Of a stretch of 64,000 nucleotides of DNA, positions 27,386 through 37,193 are shown piece by piece. The position numbers and the translations under genes are program-made. Source of the stretch: an uncultured Gemmatimonadales bacterium (GTDB taxonomy: Bacteria > Gemmatimonadota > Gemmatimonadetes > Gemmatimonadales > GWC2-71-9); the NCBI GenBank assembly GCA_963729985.1, contig CAVSPJ010000001.1, positions 896,156 through 960,155 of the forward strand, in the 5' to 3' direction. How positions within the stretch are numbered: the stretch's first letter is position 1; every line of letters begins with the position of its first letter. Below the pieces are notes generated by a model. That model did no database searches. It had not been told where the DNA came from and saw only the letters and a list, made by a program, of their open reading frames with translations.

Positions 27386-27960
27386 CTATCGGTCCAGGTG
27401 CTGCCGGAGGGCCATGCCGGGCCCGGTGCAGCTGCGACTTCGAGGTGCCGGTCGCGAGCCCGAGCAGCTCGGCGATCTCCTCGTGCCGGTACCCCTCGAC
27501 GTCGTGCAGCACGAAGATCTGCCGGGCGCCGTCGGGAAGCCGCGCGATGGCGCGTCTCCAGGTCCATCGAGGTCTCCGGGGCCGCGCCGCCGCCCGGCAC
27601 CGTCTCCAGCACTCCATCGCCCTCGAGGTACCGCTGCCGCTGCACTCCGCGCCGCTCGCGCCGCCCCAGGATCACGTTGATCGCCAGCCGGTGCAGCCAG
27701 GTCCCGAAGGCGGCCTCGCCCCGAAACGTGCCCAGCTTCTCCCAGGCCCGCACGAACACGTCCTGGGCCGCCTCGTCGGCCTCGTCGTCGCTGAGCATCC
27801 GCCGGGCCAGGCTGTGGACCCGGCCCAGGTGCCCCCGGTAGAGCCGCTCGAAGGCGTGCGCGTCCCCGCTCGCGGCCAGGGTCGCGTCCACGGCGTCCGA
27901 ATCGGATTTGGAGGTCAGATCGCGCCGCAGCTTCACCGGTCCTGGACGGGTTCGGGTCAT
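27386..27960 (-). pseudogene. ECF (group 4) RNA polymerase sigma factor; two frame breaks as sequenced
   Basis: Region 2: FERLYRGHLGRVHSLARRML...AQDVFVRAWEKLGTFRGEAAFGTWLHRLAINV. Region 4: [45 protein letters not shown]. Joins near 27555 and 27415; the restored C-terminus is [12 protein letters not shown]. Confidence 0.85.
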
Positions 27961-28066
27961 CGCGAGGTATTGGATCGGAATCCGGGGGGAAAGGTTGCAG
28001 GGAGGCGGCGTTGCGTCGAGGGGTCTGCTTGTCATCCAGAGCGCAGCGAAGGATCTTTTCCGATCC

Positions 28067-29746
28067 ATGGCTCTCACTCCGACGCTGTCACCCATCCACG
28101 CCCCTACCGGCGCGACGCTCTCCTGCAAGGGCTGGCACCAGGAGGCCGCGCTCCGGATGCTGATGAACAACCTCGATCCGGCGGTCGCCGAGCGGCCGGA
28201 CGACCTGGTGGTCTACGGCGGGAGTGGGAAGGCCGCCCGAGACTGGCCATCCTACGAGCGCATCGTCGCCACGCTCCGCCGGCTGGAGAACGACGAGACG
28301 CTGCTGGTCCAGAGCGGGAAGCCCGTGGGGGTGTTCCGGACCCACGCGGAGGCGCCCCGCGTGCTGATCGCCAACGCGCATCTGGTGCCGCGATGGGCCA
28401 CCTGGGACGAGTTCCGCCGGCTGGAGGCGCTCGGCCTGACGATGTACGGCCAGATGACGGCCGGCTCGTGGATCTACATCGGCACCCAGGGAATCCTGCA
28501 GGGGACCTACGAGACCTTCGCGGAGTGCGCTCGGCAGCATTTCGGCGGCACGCTCGAGGGGCGCCTGGTGGTGACCGGCGGCCTCGGCGGCATGGGTGGC
28601 GCCCAGCCGCTGGCCGCGACGATGAACGGGGCCGCCTTCCTCGGTGTGGACGTGGACGAGAGCCGGATCCGGCGCCGGGTGGACACCGGCTATTGCGACC
28701 GGCTGGAGACCGACTCGACCGCGCGCTCGCGCGCTGCTCGACGAGGCGAGGAAGGCTCGCCGGCCGCTCTCGGTGGGGTTGGTGGGGAACGTGGCGGAGG
28801 TGCTCCCGGAGCTGGTCCGGCGCGGGGTGGTGCCGGACGTGGTCACCGACCAGACCTCGGCGCACGATCTCCGGCTGGGGTACATTCCCGCCGGCTGCAG
28901 CCTCGAGGAAGCCGCGGTCCTCCGCGAGCGCGATCCGGCGGCGTACGAGGCTCGGGTTCTCGACTCGATGAGCACCCATGTCCGCGCCATGCTCGACCTG
29001 AAGGCGCGTGGCGCCGTGGCGTTCGACTACGGCAACAATCTGCGGGGGCAGGTCGCCGATCACCGGGGAATGCGCGAGGCGTTCGACATCCCCGGCTTCG
29101 TGCCGGCCTACATCCGCCCGCTGTTCTGCAAGGGCGCGGGGCCGTTCCGCTGGGCGGCGCTCTCCGGCGACCCCGCCGACATCGCGGCGACCGACCGCGC
29201 GGTGCTGGAGACGTTTCCCGAAGAAGGAGTCCCTCGCCCGCTGGATCCGCCAGGCGCAGGAGCGGGTGCAGTTCCAGGGCCTGCCCGCCCGGATCTGCTG
29301 GCTGGAGTACGGCGAGCGCGCGGAGATGGGGCTCCGGTTCAACCGGCTGGTGCGGCGAGGGCAAGGTGGCGGCGCCGATCGTCATCGGACGCGACCACCT
29401 CGACACCGGCTCGGTGGCGTCTCCCAACCGGGAGACGGAGGGCATGCGGGACGGCTCGGACGCCATCGCCGACTGGCCGCTGCTCAACGCGCTGCTCAAC
29501 ACCGCGTGCGGCGCGAGCTGGGTGTCGCTCCATCACGGCGGGCGGCGTCGGGCATCGGCTACTCGATTCACGCGGGGATGGTCGCGGTCGCCGACGGGAC
29601 CGACTCCGGCCGACCGCCGCCTCGAGCGGGTGCTCACCGCGGATCCTGGCACCGGCGTCATGCGCCACGCGGACGCGGGATACGAGCTGGCGATCGAGAC
29701 CGCGCGGGAGCGGGGGGTGGATCTGCCTTCGGTGCTCGACCGGTGA
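28067..29746 (+). pseudogene. hutU: urocanate hydratase; at least 6 single-base frame breaks as sequenced
   Basis: GWHQEAALRMLMNNLDP...GQMTAGSWIYIGTQGILQGTYETF...GGLGGMGGAQPLA...TDQTSAHD...[13 protein letters not shown]...[21 protein letters not shown]...[15 protein letters not shown]...[10 protein letters not shown]. These segments are spread over three frames, with joins near 28725, 29227, 29355, 29541, 29550 and 29608. Confidence 0.9.
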
Positions 29747-29770
29747 GTCCATGATTCTCGCCCGGCGCGC

Positions 29771-31025
29771 ATGAAGCTCATCGAGAACATCGCCCAGCTC
29801 GCCACCTGCCGGGCTGAAGGGGGTCAGGGCGGAGATTCACCCGATCGCCGACGCGGCGATGGTGTGGGAGGGGGCGACGATCCGCTGGGTCGGTCCCGCG
29901 GCGCGAGTTGCCGGCGGAGTACCGGCGGGCGGAGCGGCTCGACGCGGTAGGGCGGGCTGGTGGTTCCCGGGCTGGTGGACTGCCACACCCACCTCGCCTT
30001 CGGCGGCTGGCGTGCCGACGAGTTCACCCAGCGGATCCAGGGCGCCAGCTACCTCGACATCGCCCGCGCGGGCGGCGGGATCGCTCGCACCGTGCGGCTC
30101 ACGCGCGAGGCCGGCGAGGACGCGCTGTACCAGCGCGCCCGCGGCTTCGTCCGCGAGATGATCCGGCTCGGTGTCACGACGATCGAGTGCAAGAGCGGGT
30201 ATGGCCTCGACCGCGACCACGAGCTCGAGCTGCTGCGGGTCTATCGCCGGCTGGCGGAGTCGGAGCCGGTGAACATCGTGCCGACCTTCCTCGGCGCGCA
30301 CGTGGTGCCGCCGGAATACCGCGAGCGCCGTGAAGCGTATCTCTCGCTCCTGGTGGACGAGCTGATTCCGGCGGTTGCAGCCGAGCGACTGGCTGTCGGC
30401 TGCGACGTCTTCGTGGAGGCCTCCGCGTTTACGGTGGAGGAGGCGCGGCGGGTTCTCCTGGCGGGGCGCGCGGCCGGGCTCGCGCCACGGCTTCACGCCG
30501 ATCAGCTCTCCTCGTCCGGGGGTGCCGAGCTCGCGGCCGAAGTGGGCGCCGCTCTCGGCGGATCACCTGGAGCACGTTTCCGATCGAGGCATCGCCGCGA
30601 TGGCCGAGGCCGGAGTGGTGGCCGTCAGTCTCCCCATCGCGACCCTTTATCTGGGGCAGCCGCCGATGCCGGCTCGCCGGCTGATCGCGGCGGGGGTGGG
30701 GGTCGCGGTCGCTACGGACTTCAATCCCGGATCAGCTCCAAGCTACCACCTGCCGTTCGCGATGACCCTGGCCTGCACCCTTCAACGGATGACGCCGGCG
30801 GAGTCGCTCAAGGGAGCTACCTTCTTTGCCGCCAAGGCGTTAGGGCTCGAGAGGCTGGCGGGATCGTTGGAGGCCGGGAAGGCGGCGGACTTTGCCGTTA
30901 TCGACGCGCCCGACGTCGAGACTTGGCTGTACCACCTTCGCCCGAACGCCTGCCGGCTAACTGTGGCCGGGGGTCAGGTTGTCTGGCGAGTGTCCGACCA
31001 GCCGGGCGCTCGAGAGCTTGCGTGA
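29771..31025 (+). pseudogene. hutI: imidazolonepropionase; four frame breaks as sequenced
   Basis: [13 protein letters not shown]..., EIHPIADAAMVWEGATIRWVGP, LPAEYRRAERLDA, VVPGLVDCHTHLAFGGWRADEF...CKSGYGL...LHADQL, LSADHLEHVSD...ATDFNPGS. Joins near 29832, 29903, 29955 and 30549. Confidence 0.9.
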
Positions 31026-31111
31026 AGCTGCATTCCCTTGCAGAGTTGACTCCGGGGTAGAACCTCTCGATCACCACCACATACTGATTTTACGCACTCC
31101 ACGGAGGCGCC

Positions 31112-34030
31112 ATGCCACATCGCTGGTGGGGGATGGTTATAGCCCTCGGCACCCTGGTTTCCCCGTCCGCGATGGCGCAGGTGCGCCAGGTCTCCGGACA
31201 GGTGACCAATTCGCAGACCGGCACAGGGGTGGCCGAGGCGACGATCGCGGTGCAGGGTACCCGGATCGTGGCCCAGGCGGGGCCAGACGGCCGGTACACG
31301 CTCAACGCACCCGCCAACACGCTCGTTCTCGTGACCCGGGCGATCGGATTCAAGTCACGCACGGACACGATCCCGCTGGGCGTGGAAACGGTGGACCTCG
31401 TCCTCGAAACGGACATCTTCAAGCTCGAAGAGGTGGTGGTCACCGGCCAGTCTACCGGCATTCAGAAGCAGAACCTGCCGAATGCGGTAGAGACGGTGAG
31501 CGCGGCCGAGCTCACCCGGGCGCCGACCGGAACCTTGGAAAGCGCGCTTCAGGGCAAGATCCCAGGTGCACTCATCCAGTCGAACTCCGGCGCGCCTGGC
31601 GGCGGTATCCAGGTGAACCTGCGAGGGGTGTCCACCATCAACGGCGACGTGAACAACCTCTTCGTCATCGACGGGGTCGTTGTGAGCAACGACGCGATCC
31701 CCAACGGGGCGGACGCGGTGACGGCGGCCCAGGCGGGCGGCAATCCCCGGAACCAGGACAATGCGGTGAATCGTATCGCTGACCTGAATCCGGAGGACAT
31801 CGAGCGGATCGAGGTTCTCAAGGGGGGATCGGCGGCCGCGATCTACGGCTCCAAGGCCAACAACGGCGTGGTGATCATCACCACCAAGCGGGGGCAGGCG
31901 GGCAAGCCACAGTTCAATCTGACCCAGCGGATCGGTACCTTCGTCCGGGCTGCCACCCTTGGCCGACGGACCTTCAATACGCTGGAGGACGCGCTCAGTG
32001 TCTACACCGACACCGCGCTGGTCACGTCGCTGTACCAGCCGGGCCGGACGTTCGACATCGAGGATCAGATCTACGGCCGCAAGGCACTCTCGTACGAGAC
32101 CTCGGCGAGCGTGAGCGGCGGCACCGAGCAGACCCGGTATTATGTGTCCGGGTTGCTCAAGGACGACGAAGGCATCGCGATCAACACCGACTACAAGAAG
32201 CAGTCGCTTCGCGCCAATCTGGATCAGCGGCTGAACGATAGAATTCAGCTGTCGGTCAACACCAACATCGTACACAGCCGGTCCAACCGCGGGCTATCGA
32301 ACAACGACAACTCCGGCACCAGCCCGTACCTCGTCTTCCCGTTCACCCCGAACTTCATCGATCTCTCCGCCACCGGGGACCAGATCACCGACTTTCCCCT
32401 GAACCCGTTCGAGCGGAGCAATCCGATCCAGACCTTCAGCTTCCTCAAGAACGACGAGGACACCTGGCGGGCGCTGGGCACGCTCACCGCACGGATCGGG
32501 CTGATCGAGAACGCGCGGCACAACCTCAACCTGATCACCATCGGCGGGGTGGACTATTTCAACCAGGAGAACGATTTCGTCTCTCCGCCCGAGCTTGAGT
32601 TCGAGCCCAATGACGGCCAGCCGGGCACCGTGGTGCTGGGCAAGGCGTCCAACCTGAACCTCAATCTCGCGGTGAACAGCAATTACATCTTCACGCCGGA
32701 GTCGGGGAAGTATCAGTCGACGACCTCGGTCGGCGTCCAGTACGAGGACCGGGATCTGGACGCGACGCGGATCCTGGCGCGGACGCTGCTCCCGGGTCAG
32801 CAGAACCCGGACCAGGCCACCAGCGTCAGCGTGCTTCAGGACAATCGCCCGGTGCGTGACCTGGGCTTCTACGGGCAGGAGGAGCTGCTCCTCATGGACC
32901 GGAAGCTGCTGCTGACCGCCGGTGTCCGGGCCGACCGGAGCAGCACCAACGGCAACACCGGGAAGTTTTTCCTCTATCCCAAGGCGGCGCTCTCGTATCG
33001 GGTGATCAAGCCGTTCGGCGGGCTCGACGAGATCAAGCTGCGCGGTGCCTTCGGACAGACCGGGAACCAGCCGCTCTTCGGCGCCAAGTTCTCCCCGGAC
33101 ACCACCGGCACCATCGGCGGCCTCTTCGGCGTGCTGCCCGGCAACCGCGCCGGCGACGCCTTCATCGCGCCCGAAAAGCAGACCGAGTTCGAGACGGGCT
33201 TCGACGCCCAGCTCGCCAACGGGCGGGCCGAGCTGAATTTCTCGGTCTATCAGCGGACCATCAGCAAGCTGCTGCTGGAGCAGACCCTCGCCCCGAGCAC
33301 CGGCCAGGAAACCCGGATCTTCAGCTCGGACAGCAAGCTCCGGAATCGCGGGATCGAGGTGGCGCTCACGCTCTCGCCGATCCAGACCCGCGACGTCAAT
33401 TGGCTCTTCCGGACCACCTTTTTTAAGAACAAGGCGACCATAACCCAGCTCGACGTGCCATCGTTCGAGACCGGCGGATTCGGGACTTCGCTCGGAGCCT
33501 TCTTCATCGAAGAGGGGTCGTCGGCCACCCAGATCATCGGCACCGAAGGCGTCGTGGGCGACGCCACCCCGGACTTCCAGATGAGCTTCTCCAGCGACCT
33601 CGACGTGAAGCGCTTCACGATCGGCTTCCTGTGGGACTGGAAGCGGGGTGGGGACGTCGTGAACCTGACCGAATTCCTCTACGACCTGGGCCAGAACTCG
33701 ATCGACTACGAGGAGGCTGGTGCCAACCGGATCGCCGGGTGGTCGAACGGCCAGACCGCGGTCTATGTCCAGGACGCATCGTACTTCAAGCTGCGGGAGC
33801 TGAACCTGTCCTACAATCTGCCGGAGTCCTTCACCCGCGGCATTTTCGGCGACGGCGTCCGGCAGGCACGGCTCACGCTCAGCGGGCGCAACTTGATCCG
33901 CGTCACCCCCTATCGCGGGCTCGACCCCGAGGTGAGCAACTTCGGGAACCAGGCGATCGTGCGGAACATCGACGTGGCGCCGTTCCCGCCGAACCGCAGT
34001 TTCTTCTTCTCGATCGATCTGGGGTTCTGA
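31112..34030 (+). CDS. SusC/RagA-type TonB-dependent receptor
   Basis: 972-aa intact ORF. Signal peptide, CarboxypepD_reg-like N-domain (VSGQVTNSQTGTGVAEATIAVQGT), plug (LEEVVVTG...IERIEVLKGGSAAAIYGSKANNGVVIITTKRG), 22-strand-sized barrel ending FFFSIDLGF. Confidence 0.85.
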   Translation: MPHRWWGMVIALGTLVSPSAMAQVRQVSGQVTNSQTGTGVAEATIAVQGTRIVAQAGPDGRYTLNAPANTLVLVTRAIGFKSRTDTIPLGVETVDLVLETDIFKLEEVVVTGQSTGIQKQNLPNAVETVSAAELTRAPTGTLESALQGKIPGALIQSNSGAPGGGIQVNLRGVSTINGDVNNLFVIDGVVVSNDAIPNGADAVTAAQAGGNPRNQDNAVNRIADLNPEDIERIEVLKGGSAAAIYGSKANNGVVIITTKRGQAGKPQFNLTQRIGTFVRAATLGRRTFNTLEDALSVYTDTALVTSLYQPGRTFDIEDQIYGRKALSYETSASVSGGTEQTRYYVSGLLKDDEGIAINTDYKKQSLRANLDQRLNDRIQLSVNTNIVHSRSNRGLSNNDNSGTSPYLVFPFTPNFIDLSATGDQITDFPLNPFERSNPIQTFSFLKNDEDTWRALGTLTARIGLIENARHNLNLITIGGVDYFNQENDFVSPPELEFEPNDGQPGTVVLGKASNLNLNLAVNSNYIFTPESGKYQSTTSVGVQYEDRDLDATRILARTLLPGQQNPDQATSVSVLQDNRPVRDLGFYGQEELLLMDRKLLLTAGVRADRSSTNGNTGKFFLYPKAALSYRVIKPFGGLDEIKLRGAFGQTGNQPLFGAKFSPDTTGTIGGLFGVLPGNRAGDAFIAPEKQTEFETGFDAQLANGRAELNFSVYQRTISKLLLEQTLAPSTGQETRIFSSDSKLRNRGIEVALTLSPIQTRDVNWLFRTTFFKNKATITQLDVPSFETGGFGTSLGAFFIEEGSSATQIIGTEGVVGDATPDFQMSFSSDLDVKRFTIGFLWDWKRGGDVVNLTEFLYDLGQNSIDYEEAGANRIAGWSNGQTAVYVQDASYFKLRELNLSYNLPESFTRGIFGDGVRQARLTLSGRNLIRVTPYRGLDPEVSNFGNQAIVRNIDVAPFPPNRSFFFSIDLGF

Positions 34031-34034
34031 TCAT

Positions 34035-35384
34035 ATGCCGACCATGCGACGGTGGCACCCGCTGCTCCTGCTCGGCACGATCGCCGTGGGAGCCTGCAGC
34101 TTCGACTTGAGCACCAACCCCAACAGCCCCGATCCGATCGGGGCCAACCCCTCGCGCGTGCAGGTCGGCGTGGCCGCGAACGGCATGCTGATCGCCTTTC
34201 GCACCGACTTCGCCGACTTCGCGCTGGACCTAGGGGTGATCGGGCGTGAAGTGATGCGATTCGACGGCTCGGATCCGCGCTTCACCACCGAGCTGTTACA
34301 CGGGCCGCTCGACCCCGGAGGCGACGCCTTCGGCGGCGACCATTGGGGCGACCAGTACGCGGCGATCCGCGGCGGCAACCTCATCCTGGCCGTGCTGCCG
34401 ACGGCGGCCGAGCTCACCGCAGCGGAGCAGAGCGCCACCTCGGGCTACGTGAAGACGATCGAGGCGCTCAACTACCTGATGGTCCTGAACTCGCACACGC
34501 AGGACTCGATCCCGATCGTGACCGACACCTCCGTGGTCGCGGAGCCGGCCCCGTTCCAAACCAACGCCGCAGCCTTCCAGCACGTCGTCACCCGATTGCA
34601 GGAGGCGCGGGCGGAGCTGGACGCCGGCGGAGCGGCCTTCCCCTTCGGCCTGCCGTCGGGTTTCGACGGATTCAACACGCCGGCGACGTTCGTGGCGTTC
34701 AACCGGGCGCTGCTGGCCCGGGTCGAGGTCTATCGGGGCAACTTCACCGAGGCCCTCGCCGCGCTGGGCGAGTCGTTCATCGATCCGGCTGCGCCGCTCG
34801 ACCGCGGGGTCTATATGAGCTATGGGACGGGCCCGGGCGACTTCGCCAATCCGCTTTCCATCGACCCGCAGCAGGGAGAAAACTTCGCCCATCCATCGCT
34901 CAGGAGCGGGGTCCAGTTCCAGGCGGACGGGACCACGCCCGACCAGCGGTTCCTCGACAAGATCGTCCCTCGTCCGCCGGGCAGCGCCGACGATCTCACC
35001 TCGGATCTCGGGTGGATACGGTATCCGACGCCCACCACACCGATCCCGATGATCAAGAACGAGGAGCTGCTCCTGCTCAGGGCGGAGGCGAGCATCGGAA
35101 ACTCGGACTTCGTCACCGCGCTGGTCGACATCAACACAGTGCGGACGCGCTCGGGGGCTCTGGAGCCGCTCGGCTCGCTCGGCACGCCGGGGCAGGCGCT
35201 GGACGAGTTGCTGTACAACAAATTGTACTCACTCATGTTCGAGGGGGCTCACCGGTGGATCGACGCCCGTCACTACGGACGGCTCGGCACGCTGCCGATC
35301 GACCGGGGTCCGAGGGCGAACAAGCCTCCAGATCAGGTGTTCTCGACGCTTCCGATTCCGTCGGACGAAACGAACGCGCGGTAG
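34035..35384 (+). CDS. SusD/RagB family nutrient-binding lipoprotein
   Basis: 449-aa ORF starting 4 nt after the SusC stop. Lipobox AVGAC. TPR-like helical content. C-terminal ELLLLRAEA...ERTRSG...ELLYNKLYSLMFEGAHRWIDARHYG is typical of the SusD_RagB C-terminal region. Confidence 0.8.
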   Translation: MPTMRRWHPLLLLGTIAVGACSFDLSTNPNSPDPIGANPSRVQVGVAANGMLIAFRTDFADFALDLGVIGREVMRFDGSDPRFTTELLHGPLDPGGDAFGGDHWGDQYAAIRGGNLILAVLPTAAELTAAEQSATSGYVKTIEALNYLMVLNSHTQDSIPIVTDTSVVAEPAPFQTNAAAFQHVVTRLQEARAELDAGGAAFPFGLPSGFDGFNTPATFVAFNRALLARVEVYRGNFTEALAALGESFIDPAAPLDRGVYMSYGTGPGDFANPLSIDPQQGENFAHPSLRSGVQFQADGTTPDQRFLDKIVPRPPGSADDLTSDLGWIRYPTPTTPIPMIKNEELLLLRAEASIGNSDFVTALVDINTVRTRSGALEPLGSLGTPGQALDELLYNKLYSLMFEGAHRWIDARHYGRLGTLPIDRGPRANKPPDQVFSTLPIPSDETNAR

Positions 35385-35396
35385 CGCTCAGCCCGA

Positions 35397-35429
35397 CGAC
35401 GAGCCCCCACTGGCGTAGCGGGGGCTCGT
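35397..35429 (+). terminator. hairpin after the SusD gene (putative terminator, no U-tract)
   Basis: GACGAGCCCCC-11 nt-GGGGGCTCGTC, an 11-bp perfect stem 13 nt after the stop. Confidence 0.45.
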
Positions 35430-35523
35430 CTGGCATTATGGACGTCCGGACCGGCCCCAGCGGCCGGCCGGGCTCCCGCATGCCGCAGGCGGCCTCCCCG
35501 CCTACCGTTCACCCCGGAGGGGT

Positions 35524-36738
35524 ATGGAAGCCACCGCCGTCGGCGGCACGCCGGCTCTTGAGCTTGGTGCGGAGCAGCGGGTGACCGGCCGGGTGCGGCT
35601 GGACTCGGTGGACCTCCTGCGCGGCCTGGTCATCATCATCATGGCCCTGGATCACGCCCGCGACTACTTCACCATCGCCCGGTTCGACCCCACCGACCTC
35701 ACGCAGACGACAGCGTCGCTCTTCCTGACACGCTGGATCACTCACTTCTGCGCGCCGGTGTTCGTCTTTTTGGCGGGGACGTCGGCCTTTCTCTACCAGG
35801 CGCGGGGCCGGAGCCGCGCTGAAGTGTCGCGCTTCCTGCTCACCCGGGGACTCTGGCTGGTGGTGCTGGAGCTGACGGCGGTGCGCTGGGCGTGGACCTT
35901 TAATTTCAGTTACACCGAGCTCCTGTTCGTTCAGGTGATCTGGGTGATCGGCGTGTCCATGATCGTCCTGGCGGGGCTGGTATACCTCCCCCTGCGGGCG
36001 GTGGCGGCGGTGGGCATCGCGATGATCGTGGGGCACAACCTGCTGGACGGGATCACGCCGCAGTCGCTCGGCGCGTGGGGACCACTCTGGACCATCCTCC
36101 ACGTCCAGTCCGCCATCCCGCTCGGCGGGAACCGGGTCTTCATCGTGATCTATCCGCTGATCCCATGGATCGGCGTCATGGCGGTGGGGTATGCCTTGGG
36201 CTCGTTGCTGCTGCGTCCCGGACAGGAACGCCGGCGCGCTCTGCTGATGATCGGAGGCGGGCTGACCCTCGCGTTCCTGGCGCTTCGTGCCGCGAACGTC
36301 TACGGCGATCCCGCGCCCTGGGCCGCGCAGGAAACGGCGGGACGGACGGTGCTCTCGTTTCTCAATACGACAAAGTACCCCCCATCCCTGTTGTTCCTCC
36401 TGATGACGCTGGGACCGGCTATCGCGCTGCTGCCATTGTTCGAGCGCCTTACCGGGCCGGCCGCCCGCGCGGTGACCGTCTTCGGACGGGTGCCGCTGTT
36501 CTTCTATGTGATTCACCTGTACCTGGTCCACGCGCTCGCGCTTGCCGTGGGCGTGATCGCCGGATTCGATGCCCGGAGCTTCCTCCATGTGTGGCTGATG
36601 AACCCCGACGGATGGGGGTACGGGTTGCCGGTGGTGTATCTGGTATGGGCCGGCGTGGTTGTGGCGCTCTACCCGGCGTGCCGCTGGTTCGCCGGCGTGA
36701 AGGCTCGCCGCCGGGAAGTGTGGTTGAGTTACCTCTGA
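35524..36738 (+). CDS. DUF1624 / heparan-alpha-glucosaminide N-acetyltransferase-like membrane protein
   Basis: 404-aa ORF. RLDSVDLLRGLVIIIMALDHARDYF signature near the N-terminus; about 10 TM helices. Confidence 0.6.
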   Translation: MEATAVGGTPALELGAEQRVTGRVRLDSVDLLRGLVIIIMALDHARDYFTIARFDPTDLTQTTASLFLTRWITHFCAPVFVFLAGTSAFLYQARGRSRAEVSRFLLTRGLWLVVLELTAVRWAWTFNFSYTELLFVQVIWVIGVSMIVLAGLVYLPLRAVAAVGIAMIVGHNLLDGITPQSLGAWGPLWTILHVQSAIPLGGNRVFIVIYPLIPWIGVMAVGYALGSLLLRPGQERRRALLMIGGGLTLAFLALRAANVYGDPAPWAAQETAGRTVLSFLNTTKYPPSLLFLLMTLGPAIALLPLFERLTGPAARAVTVFGRVPLFFYVIHLYLVHALALAVGVIAGFDARSFLHVWLMNPDGWGYGLPVVYLVWAGVVVALYPACRWFAGVKARRREVWLSYL

Positions 36739-36760
36739 CGATTCCGAGATCGTTCATTCA

Positions 36761-37180
36761 ATGGAGGGCATCAAGATGATCCACTGCATCACCCGAGTTA
36801 CCGGAGTTCGTCTCCTGGCCGCGGCCGTCGCGGTTCTCTCCGTCACCGCATGCGGCGGGGAGGCTTCCAAGTACTCCGGCGATTGGAAACGGGACCTGTA
36901 TGGCGAAGGAGAAGTGCAGATGAAGCTGGCCTCGAACGGCGGGGTGGAGCTGATGCTTCCCTCACCGCGCTGGCCCGACAGCGTGGACATGAAAGGCCGC
37001 GCCGCCTTCAGCGGCGACACGTTGATCTTCAAGGCGGACACGGCGGGGAGCCCGTGCCAGACCGCGGATGCGCGCTATATCGTGAGCCGGACCGATAACG
37101 AAATGCGCATTGCGGGGGTGGGGATGGATTCCTGTGGCGGCCGGCGGGCGGCGCTGGTGGGGACCTGGCAGAAATCGTGA
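36761..37180 (+). CDS. small lipoprotein, hypothetical
   Basis: 139-aa ORF (alternative ATG at 36776). Lipobox SVTAC-GGEAS. No family recognised. Confidence 0.5.
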   Translation: MEGIKMIHCITRVTGVRLLAAAVAVLSVTACGGEASKYSGDWKRDLYGEGEVQMKLASNGGVELMLPSPRWPDSVDMKGRAAFSGDTLIFKADTAGSPCQTADARYIVSRTDNEMRIAGVGMDSCGGRRAALVGTWQKS

Positions 37181-37193
37181 GGCCGGACACGCC

